This document shows positions 12,131 through 25,437 of a DNA stretch of 64,000 nt, in pieces. Positions within the stretch are counted from its first letter, which is position 1; each line of letters begins with the position of its first letter. The translations under genes were made by a program, and so were the position numbers. The stretch is from Octopus vulgaris. Taxonomy: Eukaryota. Location of the stretch: positions 25,668,001 to 25,732,000 of the forward strand of contig OX597817.1 in the NCBI GenBank assembly GCA_951406725.2. Direction: 5' to 3'. The notes below the pieces were generated by a model. That model ran no database searches. It worked only from the letters and a program-made list of their open reading frames with translations, and was not told the DNA's origin.

Positions 12131-12940
12131 GATCATGCAGCTAAGATGAGTGGAGCGCTCACCCACTACAAAATATCCACCCACAACAGAGAGAGATGAG
12201 ATGGAGTTCCCCAGAAGCCAATAAAAAACTGAATCTTTGTCTTGACTCAAGAAACTCTAAGAATACGAGTATTGTAAAACAATACATTACATGAATTTCA
12301 TACTCTTCCATCTTTTATCTCTCCTCCACCTGTGAGGCTCACAAAGGATGACTAACCCTTGCTACCATCATCCTCATCTCCCTGCCTCCCTATTCTCACT
12401 AGGCCTTTGTATGAGAGTTTGCATTTCTTCATCTTCTTCATTATGCATCATCATTCTTTTTTCTCCATAGATCTCCCTATCCATTTCAAGCATCTCCCTA
12501 TAGCACATTCAACCCTTTCTCTCATCACACTTCTTGCAAATCTCTCAAGTAAAAACGCTTCCCACGACCACCACCAACAACAACAACACTATCATCTTCA
12601 TCACTCTGCTCCCCTCTTCCTTTCACTATGTCAGTGTAAAAAAATGTTGCATCAAATCATCCCCTTCACTCTATCAACTCTCATCACTAGGTCTTGAAAC
12701 TGCATCAAACTGTCTGCATCCAATTCACTCTACTTCTCTGCCACCGATTGTTATCTCCCCCATTTGGGCCAGTTCTACCTGTTACCCATCGACTGGTCTA
12801 GCTATTTGAATTCCTATCCTCCAGAGTGATTAGTGAGTGAAATGAAGTAAAGCAATGTTCAGTGGTCTTTTAGTCTTGTCTCACCAAAGACTTAGCAAAA
12901 ACTCTCAAGTGCTGGTACTACATAGAATATAATATAAAAT

Positions 12941-13191
12941 AAATGCACCCTTTTAAAGCCTAGCCAAGCTCATGGGCCCAGTTTCCCAGTTTCAGTGGTG
13001 TATGTGTTCCCCAGTTGGACGGAATGCTAGTCCATCACAGCGTTACTCATTTTTGCCAACTGAGTGGACTGGAGCAATGTGAAATGAAGTGTTTTCCTCA
13101 AGAACACGATGTGTCGCCCGGTCCAGGAATCGAAACCACAATCTTACAATCATGATGCCGACACCCTAACCACTAAGCCACACACCTCCAC
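12941..13191 (-). mobile_element. tRNA-derived SINE (family E)
   Basis: Minus-strand A-box TGGCTTAGTGG and B-box GGTTTCGATTCC; TSD ACATAGAATATA on both sides. Confidence 0.85.
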
Positions 13192-13499
13192 TTCAACATA
13201 GAATATACCCAATACCTGCTGTGAAGTGGATGACAAACAAACAGAGAATGTAGAGGGTTGTGATGTTGCTTCAGTTCAGTCTTGCTGAGAACTTGTTAAC
13301 CTCTTCAGTGCTAGTGTCACAAGAATACGTACCCAATGCACTCTGTAAAGTGGTTGGTGATAGAAAGAGCATTCATCCATAGGAGCCAATCCAGAATAAA
13401 AAAAAACATCCATGAGAACAGTAGTTGTCTATAAAAAAAAAAGAACTTAGATCATGAACATTTCATGCAAACCCTGTTAGCATGGAAAGCAGACATAGA

Positions 13500-13645
13500 A
13501 TGATGACAACAATGACAGCAACAATGATGACAACATCAATGATGACGATGACAACATCAGTGATGATGATGACGATGATGACGACGACAATGATGATGAT
13601 GACGACGACGACGACGACAATGATGATGACAGTGATGATGACGAC

Positions 13646-13691
<46 letters not shown>

Positions 13692-13846
13692 GTGATGATG
13701 ACGATGACGACGACGACGATGATGACAATGATGATGATGATGAGGATGATGATGATGATGAGGATGATGATGATGATGACAATGATGATGATGATGAGGA
13801 TGATGATGATGGTGATGATGGTGATCATGAGGATGATGATGATAAC
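13500..13846. repeat. Expanded (GAT/GAC)n microsatellite, tail of a decayed RTE 3' end (~13200-13500)
   Basis: Follows TAGCATGGAAAGCAGAC, the RTE terminal motif. Confidence 0.9.
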
Positions 13847-14098
13847 GATTAGATTATAGAAAGAATTTGCCAAAAGTTACTGCCATATTGTATTATCCAT
13901 GCAAATTAAAGCAATAGATACAAATATAACTGAACTGGTATCTACAATTAATCTAAATCAGCTTTAAAATCTTGTTACCAATGAATAAGTTTTATGGTGT
14001 AGTAGTAAATTCTTCTATATAGTCAACATATGAATTTTACTCTTCATTTCAAACAAATTTTCTTAATGCTTTAATATCTTTTCATCAGTTGTACTATT

Positions 14099-14510
14099 AC
14101 TCTTTTACTCTTTTACTTGTTTCAGTCATTTGACTGCGGCCATGCTGGAGCACCGCCTTTAGTCGAGCAAATCGACCCTGGGACTTATTCTTTGTAAGCC
14201 CAGTACTTATTCTATCGGTCTCTTTTGCCGAACCGCTAAGTGACGGGGACGTAAACACACCAGCATCGGTTGTCAAGCAATGCTAGGGGGACAAACACAG
14301 ACACACAATCACACACACATATATATATATACATATATACATATATACGACAGACTTCTTTCAGTTTCCGTCTACCAAATCCACTCACAAGGCATTGGTT
14401 GGCCCGGGGCTATAGCAGAAGACACTTGCCCAAGATGCCACGCAGTGGGACTGAACCCGGAACAATATGGTTGGTTAGCAAGCTACTTACCACACAGCCA
14501 CTCCTGCGCC
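14099..14510 (-). mobile_element. SINE A (young variant)
   Basis: Near-identical reverse complement of 58804-59227. Confidence 0.93.
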
Positions 14511-15282
14511 TTTTGAAAACATTGATAATATCATAATGACTTAAGTTGATTCTAATAATGACAAAATTAATTTCAAATTTTTAAATGGTGCCATTATCAA
14601 AGATATTTGTGTTCAGCATTTTGAAGATGTATATTTGAAATGCACTGTTCTAAAAGATCAACTTAAATTGACAGTACAGATAGTTGTTGTTATTGTTTAA
14701 CTCTAGATATACTGATTGAACTGACCTGTGTTCATATGGGGGTCATTTTGGACTTTGGGGCCTAGGGTTTCTTAGGTCTTCATTATCTAATATGAGTCTT
14801 TAACCCTTTTAATATGATTTTAAATGTGATTTGAAGGAGATACAACTGTTGATTTTAGTAGATCGATTTGGCTTCATGTTAAGATAGAATTCAAGAGTAT
14901 AAGTTGTGAGGGACACAGTCAGCTCCTAAACCCAGCCATAAGATATTACTCTATCTGGAAGGATGGTCATTACTGATCACTTGACATTAAGAAAAATACA
15001 AATAAGCTTCGATCATCTGAATTCCTGAATTCCAAAATTTAGAAACACAGATATTCCAAACTGCCAATTCATTTTTAAAAATAATGTAATTCTCTATATT
15101 TGAGCTTAAAAAGAAAATAAGAAACTAAGAAGTGCTTTATAAAGAAATTAAATTATCTAATTATATTTGACAAATTTCGTTTCATTATATACACAGGTAA
15201 TTTAGCTTGTGGGAATTGGAAATGTAACCTTTGATTGGTATTTCTTAGTATTTAATGGTTGGCTAATGAATAGTGCTAGTAA

Positions 15283-15665
15283 TGGAGGCACAATGGCCCA
15301 GTGGTTAGGGCAGCGGACTCGCGGTCGGAGGATCGCGGTTTCGATTCCCAGACCGGGCATTGTGAGTGTTTATTGAGTGAAAACACCTAAAGCTCCACGA
15401 GGCTCTGACAGGTGGTGGTGGTGAACCCTGCTGTACTCTTTCACCACAACTTTCTCTCACTCTTTCTTCCTGTTTCTCTTATACCTGTATTTCAAGGGAC
15501 CAGCCTTGTCACATCCTGTGTGTCACGCTGAATCTCCCCGAGAACTACGTTAAGGGTACACGTGTCTGTGGAATGCTCAGCCACTTGCACATTAATATCA
15601 CGAGCAAGCTGTTCCATTGATCGTATCAGCTGGGACCCTCATCGTCGCAACCGACGGAGTGCTCC
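15283..15665 (+). mobile_element. tRNA-derived SINE family C (~375 bp)
   Basis: TGGCCCAGTGG A-box, GGTTTCGATTCC B-box, TSD ATAGTGCTAGTAAT. Confidence 0.9.
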
Positions 15666-15829
15666 TATATAGTGCTAGTAATATAAAGTTTAAAGTAAAT
15701 ATTATTTCTCAACAAGTAATTATGACAGATACAAAAATGTTTTGATGCATGTTTTATGAATTTGAATGGTTATTATGATTCTTACATAAACTTATAAGAA
15801 TAATTATTGGGATAGAAGAACCCATAGGT

Positions 15830-17580
15830 ACAAACTGATGTGGAAAAGGAGATTATGGAATCTCAAAGGTTCTTCAAATGGGCAAAGGCTTAGTAATGTT
15901 CTTAATGAAGGATTCAATGAGAAAGATAAAACTGAGACATATGACATAGAGGATGGGAAATCCTTACAGGATAATCTGCTGAGGGTAGCAGAGCAAATCT
16001 GTGGTTGGAGCAAAGCTTTTGCAGACCAAGAGTGACATGGTTGTGAAACAACGAAGTTGATGGCCATAAAAGAGGAGAGACAGGTTTGGGAAGAGTAGAA
16101 AAGTGAGGTTAGCAAAGAACCATATCAGGTAGCTAAAAGGAAGCTAGGCATCGGGTTTATCCAGCCGGTGCAGAAGCAGAAAAGAAGAGGTTTGCCAGTG
16201 ACTTATAGTGTGACGATCAGAGATGTGAGGTGTTCTGGATTGCTAGGAAGTGTGTCAGAGAAAATCATGAAGCAGGATAGAAGTGTGTATGGATGGATAA
16301 TGGTATACTCACACTTAGTGATTCTGAAAAGAAAGAGGTGTCAAAGAGCTACTATGAAAGGCTATTAAATTTGGATAATGAATGAGAGAATGGGAGTCTC
16401 TCCCATGGGAACCCAACAAAGGGACCAGCTATCCTAGGTGACAGCAGTATGAGAGATAAAGTAATGAAAGACAGGAAGATAGGAAAGCCCCTAGTCCATC
16501 AGGAATCACTGCTGAGATGCTTAAAATATCTGATAGAGTAGAATACACTCTGGTCGCCCATATAGTTAATCAAGTTATTCAGGAAGGCATAATCCCCAGT
16601 GACTGGAGTAGCAGTATCATAGTCACCATCTACAAGGGTAATGGAGATTCTTAAGATAGAAATAATTATTGAGATACCAAATTGTTGGGCCAGGTGATGA
16701 AAGCTATGGAGAGAATTACAGCCCAATAAATGAGGAACAGAAGTAGATCAGATGAAAAGTAGTTTGGCTTTGTGCCAAGGAGAAGCTCTGCTGATGCTAT
16801 TTCCATAGTTCAGCAACTGCCAGAGAAGTATTTTGCTAAGAATAAGCTGTTGTGCTTGGCATTTGTTGATCTGAACATAGTCTTCGACAGAATAATGGGA
16901 TCAGTCACTGAGGAAGCTAAGGACAGAAAAGTGGCTTGTGATGGCAGTACGGGCCATGTACAGGAATGCTGTTAGTAAAGGAAATTGATTTCTTCAAATG
17001 CCCCAGAGGCTCTCTAGAGGTAGTTGATAATTTCTACTACCTAGGGGTCTTAATTAGCTGTGAAAGATGTACCAAAGTGTAATTGCTATAATAAGAATAA
17101 GATGAAAAAATATCAGAGAGCTTTTACTTATGTTAGCAACTGAATGTCTTTCTCTTCAAGTGAAAGGAGAGTTGTATGATGCATGTGTATGAACAGCAAT
17201 GATACATGATACTGAGATGTGGACCAAGGATGCAAAGGAAATGTGAAGCCTAGAGATGTATGAAGCTAGTATTCTTCACTGGATGTACACTGTCAGTACA
17301 CATGTATGATAGAGTGCTAGTTCATTGTGGGAAGAGTTAGGTATATGAGGAATTAGATGCAGTTTGCACGAGAAAAGACTGCACTGGTTTGGTGATGTGA
17401 TGTGTATTGATAAAGAAAGTTAGATAAAGAAGTGCCGAAGAAGTGGACAGAACTTGTGGAAAAAGGAAACCCAAAAAGACATGGGATGAATTATTTAAGG
17501 CTGATCTCACAACACTGAACCTTATGAAGGAGATGACAAAAGATTGAGTTAAGTTGCTGTACTCAAGAAGACCCACCCAC
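15830..17580 (+). mobile_element. Decayed RTE LINE ORF (RT region), internally deleted
   Basis: FGFVPRRSSADAISIVQQLPEKYFAKNKLLCLAFVDLNIVFDR; LEVVDNFYYLG; LHWFGDV; many stops and frameshifts. Confidence 0.88.
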
Positions 17581-18261
17581 CCATCACCACAGCAGAACTG
17601 ATATCCTAAAACCACCTTGGTAATGTTTGTCCATGAGGGGATCTGCCTCACTACCATCTCTGCCCCATCAACCCCCCCCCACACACACACACATTTCATC
17701 CTCTAACACCCATCACTGAAAGGAGAATTGGCACATACTACATACCCTGGCTGTCTCAGTTACCTTTGTTCCCAATCCCAAAACACTTCTATTTCCCATA
17801 ATCTTCCCCCACCAACTGTCTCCACCACTCACCACCTTTCTGAGCCTTTTCCCCACTCTGCTTTTCTTTATCATTAGTACCTCACAGATCTGCTATCACC
17901 CTCAATGTCCTCACATATTCACTGCAATCCCCACCTTCGGGCCTCTCCTATGCTTCTCTCCATTAGTTACCCCTGTCTTGTCTACAATCACCTCAATCCT
18001 ACCTGCTCACCCAGTCCAAAATCTCTGTATCACCCTACTTATTCTCATCATCATTCCAATGTCCCTCAAGGGCATTTTCTCACACATGTTCACTATCATC
18101 TCTCTCATTATTGCTCTCCTTATTTTACTCTCTAATTTACTCTCCTTTCTTTTCCAACTAGGAACTTATTCAACTTCCAACTAATTCACTCTCCTTTCTT
18201 TTCTAAATAGGGTATCCATATATCCTCTATACCTTTCTTTTCCAAATAGCATACAGCCACA

Positions 18262-18380
18262 TCATCATTATCATCATCGTTTAATGTCAGCTTTCCATGC
18301 TAGCATGAGTTGGATGATTTGACTGAGGACTGACGAACCAGATGGCTGCACCAGGCTCCAATCTGATCTGGCAGAGTTTC
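18262..18380 (-). mobile_element. Short RTE 3' end
   Basis: (ATC)n followed by GTTTAATGTCAGCTTTCCATGCTAGCATG. Confidence 0.8.
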
Positions 18381-18479
18381 ACACACACACCCTCAATAAT
18401 ACTTCACCACGAAGTTGAGGAGTTTTTGTTTTGCAAGTTGTTTGGTGAACCCATTGGCGATGTTACAATTCAAAACCCA

Positions 18480-18945
18480 ACAGTACTGGTGCTGGTGCCA
18501 CATAAATAGCATTGGTGCTGGTGTCATGTAAAAAGAACATCCAGTACACTTTGTAAAGTGGTTAGCATTTAGAAGAGAATTCAGCTGTAGAACCCATACC
18601 AAAACAGACAATAGAGCTTGGCATGCTTCTTATTTCTTTACTACCCACAAGGGGCTAAACACAGAGGAGACAAACAAGGACAGACAAATGGATTAAGTCG
18701 ATTATATCGACCCCAGTGTGTAACTGGTACTTATTTAATTGACCGCGAAAGGATGAAAGGCAAAGTCGACCTCAGTGGAATTTGAACTCAGAACGTAAAG
18801 ACAGACGAAATATCGCTAAGCATTTCGCCTGGCATGCTAACGTTTCTGCCAGCTCACCGCCTTATATGCTTCTGGTCTTGCCAGTTCCTATCAAGCTGTC
18901 CAACCCATGCCAGCATGGAAACAGACGTTAAATGATGATGATGAG
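18480..18945 (+). mobile_element. RTE 3' end interrupted by a minus-strand SINE B (18630-18864)
   Basis: RTE UTR halves flank the B copy; ATGCTTCT direct repeat. Confidence 0.8.
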
Positions 18946-19499
18946 CAGATTGTCAGTTTTGCATTTGGACATAGATGTTAATAAACATGTGTCGTTTACA
19001 AAATATTATTGCCACCCAAATTTATTTTGAATAAATATTAAATATTTCTTTGCATGATATTGTACAATGGAAAAGACATTCTGCCTATAAACACACACAT
19101 ACAAGCACTATTTGTAGCTCACTATTTTATTGATAACATACCTATTATTCAGTTTGTCAACAACTCTGTTATCATGCTGTATCAACTGGTTTCCTTTCTT
19201 TTTTGTGTTATGTTGTCGAGTGTCAATTATATGTTGTCAACTATGTGTGTATGTTGTTCCTATTTCTATTGGCAAAATGAGTCACCCAAAGCACAACAAT
19301 AGTCACTTCCATAAAATTTTACCTAAAAGATCTTGCAAGGGAAATACAAAAAGGAAATATTTCTTCTTTATATTTCATGTATTTATGACATCAGAATTAA
19401 GAAAAGTAAATTAGTATAGAAACTATTTTCTTCCTAGCTCTTGGTGTAGTTATATTAATAGTTATGGTTAGAAAGTAATCCATTGAAAATGAAATAAGC

Positions 19500-19640
19500 A
19501 AAACTGATATTATTTCAAACAATCAAATAAAACTTTGCTCTCCCACATGGTTATGATTCTCCCCCACTACTTCTGCTTGTAATCAGAGATGCACATATCG
19601 TCAACCACTAAGGGACATGCTCAACTAGTTAAGGTCTATT
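19500..19640 (+). repeat. Unclassified interspersed repeat fragment
   Basis: Similar to 61260-61420 (AAACTTTGCT...GATGCACATAT...ACATGCTC...TAAGGTC). Confidence 0.6.
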
Positions 19641-19667
19641 CTTCTTCTTATTATTATTATTATTATT

Positions 19668-20087
19668 ACTCTTTACTCTTTTATTCTTTTACTTGTTTCA
19701 GTCATTTGACTGCAGCCTTGCTGGAGCACCGCCTTTAGTCCAGCAAATCAACTCCAGGACTTATTCTTTGGAAGCCTAGTACTTATTCTATTGGTCTCTT
19801 TTGCCGAACCACTAAGTTACAGAGACATAAACACAGCAGCATCGGTTGTCTAGCGATGTTGGGGAGGAAAAACACAGACACAAAAAAAAATGCACACACA
19901 TACATATATATATATACATATATACGACGGGCTTCTTTCAGTTTCCATCTACCAAATCCACTCACAAGGCTTTGGTCGGCCCGAGGCTATAGTAGAAGAT
20001 ATTTGCCCAAGGTGCCACGCAGTGGGACTGAACCTGGAACCATGTGGTTCATAAGCAAGCTACTTACCACACAGCCACTCCTGCACC
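19668..20087 (-). mobile_element. SINE A
   Basis: Family match. Confidence 0.9.
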
Positions 20088-20570
20088 TTTTATTTATTTA
20101 TTTTTTTGTATCTCTCAGAATTAATTTTGCCACTTTCAGTCATCTCTGAATGCTTCTATCCTAGTTCTCATTTAAATCATTTTCATGAACGTCACAATCT
20201 CATTTGGCTTTCATATATCCATTTCATTGTTTTATATTTTCCTCAGTTTTTTACATAATCTGCTTCATCAGTGATCAATGTATTTTATTAACTGTGTTTT
20301 TTTTTAACATCATATCATATAGGTTCCCCTCTGTTTGCTGTACAACCAAATGATCAAATTAGTCCAGTTAAGAAAGCTAAGATTGGTACATATCCAAAAA
20401 TTCAGACATTAAGTTTTTCTGTTTTAAGTAAACTAGTTTTGCTTTTCCCATTCATAATATAGAAACACTTTAAAGAGAGAACAACTTAAGTGTGGACAGC
20501 TTAACTGAGAGAGAGATTAAAATAAAGAAATAATGGTTACTGAATCTTTCACATAAATTGTGATACTGCC

Positions 20571-20627
20571 AAGGATAACATCAGGGATAACTTCAGCGAT
20601 AGCATCAGGGATAACATCAGGGATAGT
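20571..20627. repeat. 12-bp tandem repeat (CAGGGATAACAT)~5
   Basis: Directly visible. Confidence 0.85.
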
Positions 20628-20741
20628 GTCTCATCTGATATGGAAACTGGGATGATTTTTTTACCTCTGGGATACAACCACTTGTGTGGTATTAAACATA
20701 TCAAATGTATCCACATCCTAAAAAGTTATTATGATTTATAA

Positions 20742-21139
20742 CCCTTTCTACTATAGGCACAAGGCCTGAAATTTTGGAGGAGGGGACTAGTCGATTACAT
20801 CGACCCCAGTGTTTCACTGGTACTTAATTCATTGACCCCGAAAGAATGAAAGGCAAAGTCAACCTTGGTGGAATTTGAACTCAGAATGTGAAGACAGACA
20901 AAATACCTATTTCTTTACTACCCACAAGGGGCTAAACACAGAGAGGACAAACAAGGACAGACAAATGGATTAATTTGATTATATCGACCCCAGTGCGTAA
21001 CTGGTACTTATTTAATTGACCCCGAAAGGATGAAAGGCAAAGTCGACCTTGGCAGAATTTGAACTCAGAACGTAGAGGCAAACGGAATACCACTAAGCAT
21101 TTCGCCCGGTGTGCTAACATTTCTGACAGCTCGCCACTT
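20742..21139 (-). mobile_element. Two adjacent/nested SINE B copies, one with a variant tail
   Basis: B core occurs twice; the variant tail GGCCTTGTGCCTATAGTAGAAAG is also seen near 25660. Confidence 0.85.
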
Positions 21140-21146
21140 TATATGA

Positions 21147-21201
<55 letters not shown>

Positions 21202-21900
21202 ATGACATAGGCTCTGCATTCATAGAGAGGAAAATGAATTTATTTGTATCTTCTGTAGTGAGCATAGTGCTGTGTTTTCTTGATACAGGTAGTGGCTTTA
21301 TTTTTGAACTACTGAATAAAATTATGTACCACGTTCTTAGTGCAGAACACTTAGGAGGTCTCTGCATAAGTATGACTGAAGTAATTTTGCGAGGTGTGAA
21401 TGATGCATATATATATATAATCATGTATTATGAAATTATGTGGATGAGAAAACCAAATTAATCTGCAGGCAATACGGCTTCAGAAGAATGTGCAGGTGTA
21501 AAAATATGTCCCAAAATTTCTTACCTGAATAAAAGATACGTATGAATTAAACAATTTAAAGAAGTATATTTACAACCTCTCAATTCTATATTGGAAACTG
21601 GAGAAAAGGAATTTCTCTAAAAATTAATGCTGAAGAATATTGAAGAATATTGTATTATCAAAGGAGATGCAAAGAAGTCAAAAATAGCACAATGTATATT
21701 CTATTGATGGAAATGGAATTCATATCTATTAAAATAGAAAATACCAAAAAAGAAACAGTGAAGACTAGAAGTACATGAAGTACCAACTGAAAACCTAAGC
21801 AATTAACAAAATGCAAACTACAACGCATCATGGTTGCTGTTTGTACTGAAATAAGTTTAATTGTTCGAAACATTCGTTTAACTTACCGACAGTTTCATAA

Positions 21901-23016
21901 TGTACTAGATTTCTGAAACTAGGCATTAAGGATATTATTTAAGAATTTAAACCCGATGAAGAACAATTATTTTAAATGTAATGAATAGGGTATCAGTGTT
22001 GTACAGCAGGTGAGTAAATATAGAACTGTAAAATATAGAAATGAGTGCTCAATGGTATATATTTGAACAGCAGAACCAAATACATGTGTATCAAATACCA
22101 TACAACATAAATTCTTGGTTTATTGTAGTAGATTTCTGAAACTAGGCATTAAGGATATTATTTAAGAATTTAAACCCGATGAAGAAAAATTATTTTAAAT
22201 GTAATGAATAGGGTATCAGCGTTGTACAGCAGGTGAGTAAATATAGAACTATAAAATATAGAAATGAGTGCTCAATGGTATATATTTGAACAACAGAACC
22301 AAATACATGTGTATCAAATACCATACAACATAAATTCTTGGTTTATTGTAGTAGATTTCTGAAACTAGGCATTAAGGATATTATTTAAGAATTTAAACCC
22401 GATGAAGAAAAATTATTTTAAATGTAATGAATAGGGTATCAGTGTTGTACAGCAGGTGAGTAAATATAGAACTATAAAATATAGAAATGAGTGCTCAATG
22501 GTATATATTTGAACAACAGAACCAAATACATGTGTATCAAATACCATACAACATAAATTCTTGGTTTATTGTAGTAGATTTCTGAAACTAGGCATTAAGG
22601 ATATTATTTAAGAATTTAAACCCGATGAAGAAAAATTATTTTAAATGTAATGAATAGGGTATCAGTGTTGTACAGCAGGTGAGTAAATATAGAACTGTAA
22701 AATATAGAAATGAGTGCTCAATGGTATATATTTGAACAGCAGAACCAAATACATGTGTATCAAATACCATACAACATAAATTCTTGGTTTATTGTACTAG
22801 ATTTCTGAAACTAGGCATTAAGGATATTATTTAAGAATTTAAACCCAATGAAGAAAAATTATTTTAAATGTAATGAATAGGGTATCAGCGTTGTACAGCA
22901 GGTGAGTAAATATAGAACTATAAAATATAGAAATGAGTGCTCAATGGTATATATTTGAACAACAGAACCAAATACATGTGTATCAAATACCATACAACAT
23001 AAATTCTTGGTTTATT
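21901..23016. repeat. Tandem array of five 223-bp units
   Basis: TAGATTTCTGAAAC at 21906, 22129, 22352, 22575 and 22798; only a few substitutions between units. Confidence 0.97.
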
Positions 23017-23036
23017 AAAATCATCACACACACAGG

Positions 23037-23199
23037 TGAAGGCGTGGCTGTGTGGTAAGTAGCTTGCTTATTGACCACTTGGTTCTGGGTTCAGTCCCTC
23101 TCCATGGCACCTTGGGTAAGTGTCTTCTACTTTCACCTTGGGCTGACCAAAGACTTGTGAGTGGATTTGGTAGATGGAAACTGAAAGAAGCTTGTTGTA

Positions 23200-23233
<34 letters not shown>

Positions 23234-23490
23234 CATATGTATATGTTTGTGTGACCAGACTCTTCAGAAAAAGCACTGTGGTACCACTTCCACCCATTCT
23301 CGGTTGTCCCCCACCATCACTGGGCAACCGATGCTGGTGTGTTTACATCTCCATAACTTAGCGGTTTGACAAAAGAAACTGATAGAATAAGTACTAGGCT
23401 TAACATGAATACGTCCTCGGGTCGATTTGTTCAGCTAAAGGTGGTGCTCTAGCATGGCTCCAGTCAAATGACTGAAACAAATAAAGGAAT
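23037..23490 (+). mobile_element. SINE A (diverged, with internal insert)
   Basis: Family match. Confidence 0.85.
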
Positions 23491-23504
23491 AAATATGCAT
23501 GGGT

Positions 23505-23790
23505 ATTGTGGCCGTTGCCAGCCTCGTCTGGCCCCCGTGCCGGTGGCACGTAAAGAGCACCATCCGATCGTGGCCGTTTGCCAGCCTCGTCTGGCACCTG
23601 TGCAGGTGGCATATAAAAAGCACCCACTACGCTCTCAGAGTGGTTGGCATTAGGAAGGGCATCCAGCTGTAGAAACACTGCCTGATCAGACTGGGTCTGG
23701 TGCAGCCTCCTGGCTTTCCAGACCCCAGTTGAACCGTCCAACCCATGCTAGCATGGAAAACGGACGTTAAATGATAATGATAATGATGTG
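23505..23790 (+). mobile_element. RTE 3' UTR with ~50-bp internal repeats
   Basis: GTGGCCGTTGCCAGCCTCGTCTGGC repeats; (GAT/AAT)n tail. Confidence 0.85.
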
Positions 23791-24135
23791 TGTGTATACA
23801 TATATATTTTGATGTATATTAAATGCTTAGTCTTCTCTCCGAACTCTTGTTATCTCAGCTGATGTGATGCCATGGAGAATGATAACTTAGAAGCATACTT
23901 GAGAACTTGCAAAAGGATTTCTCATGAGACCATATCCAAAGTGATCTCTGAATTCTGAAGGTAAAGACCCGGAACAGATATCCCAAAGCACCTCATCTAA
24001 TTTTGTAACTATTCTGCTTGTGATATTACACCTTTAGTATTCAGATTTTTCTGTCAAAAATAATACTTATTGAATCATATTGTTTTCAGTTAAACAAGCA
24101 TTATTTTTTCATTTCAAAATTTTGATGATGTGATT

Positions 24136-24375
24136 ACTCTTTTACTCTTTTACTTGTTTCAGTCATTTGACTGCGGCCATGCTGGAGCACCGCCTTTAGT
24201 CGAGCAACTTGACCCCAGGACTTATTCTTTTGTAAGCCCAGTACTTATTCTATCGGTCTCTTACGCCGAACCGCTAGGTAACGAGGACATAAACACACCA
24301 GCATCGGTTGTCATGCAATGCTAGGGAGACAAACACAGACACACAAACACATACACACACATACATATATATATG
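24136..24375 (-). mobile_element. SINE A 3' half
   Basis: Family match, truncated at the microsatellite. Confidence 0.85.
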
Positions 24376-24679
24376 TAACCCCCTACTGTCACGTTCACGT
24401 TATATTGACAGTATACAACCATTCTATCGCCCCACCACCGTACATATCTCTATGAGAGATTTAGAAATTTAATATTTCCAAATATTAACTGATTGCTTGA
24501 AAACACAGTACTGTGTCAAATGTCGTGGGTATTTATTCACATTGTTTTCAAAATTTGAGACTTCGCTTATGTTATTTTTAATTTTAAGATTGACAGTGTA
24601 AGGTTGGATCTAGCCAGTTTGCACATAAAACCAGTAGAATTTGGGGCCAGATATACCCAGTTTAAATGCTAAATTGTTA

Positions 24680-24912
24680 AAGGTGGCGAGCTGGCAGAAA
24701 CTTTAGCACGCCGGGTGAAATGCGTAGCCGTATTTCGTTTGCCGTTACGTTCTGAGTTCAAATTCCACCGAGGTCGACTTTGCCTTTCATCCTTTCGGGG
24801 TCGATAAATTAAGTACCAGTTACCCACTGGGATCGATATAATCGACTTAATACCTATGTCTGTCCTTGTTTGTCCCTTCTATGTTTAGCCCCTTGTGGGT
24901 AATAAAGAAATA
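24680..24912 (+). mobile_element. SINE B
   Basis: Family match; GTTAAAGG on both sides. Confidence 0.9.
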
Positions 24913-25207
24913 GGTTAAAGGGAGTGGCTAACGTAAAGTTAAAACTAGTGTGTAAGGAATGATTGAAAGAAAATATTAGTAGCTCAATAATACCAGAAAT
25001 TATTTTTGTAGTTTTAAAAGAATAGCACAAACATTTATTAAATATACATGACATTATATATATGTGTATATGGTGACTGCCAACTTGTTATTAATTACGA
25101 CCACCAACTGTACAAATTGTTCTAGTGATCTACCAGTCATGAATATTTATATCTGTTTGTTTTCTTAAAGTATCCTATGGTTTCATGAATGTTATTATTT
25201 GCCTTAA

Positions 25208-25428
25208 CCCTTTAGCCTTTAAACCGGCCACATCCGGCCAAAAGTATTCTGCCTGTTTTATGTTCAAAATGGCCAGATCTGGTCTCTCACACGAACCCTA
25301 CAATATTGTTTTAAAAATTAACAGCTACCTCATCAAAATCTCAAAGCTACAAGATAATTCCTGATTAGTTCAAAGCAATGTGGATAAAAAAGGATTAATT
25401 TTGGCAGAATAATGCGAACACTAAAGGG
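25208..25428. mobile_element. piggyBac-like MITE
   Basis: TTAA|CCCTTTAG...CTAAAGGG|TTAA. Confidence 0.85.
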
Positions 25429-25437
25429 TTAAAGATA

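Noticed and set aside
13463-13873. Poly-I/V, poly-S and poly-M ORFs (similar at 4931-5314, 41002-41232, 41808-42040)
   Set aside because: Trinucleotide microsatellites lacking stops
20571-20627. Resemblance to the I-SceI site (AGGGATAACA)
   Set aside because: Only a partial match within a simple tandem repeat; coincidental
21901-23016. CRISPR-like or coding tandem array
   Set aside because: Whole units repeat with no unique spacers, the context is eukaryotic, and no ORF spans the units
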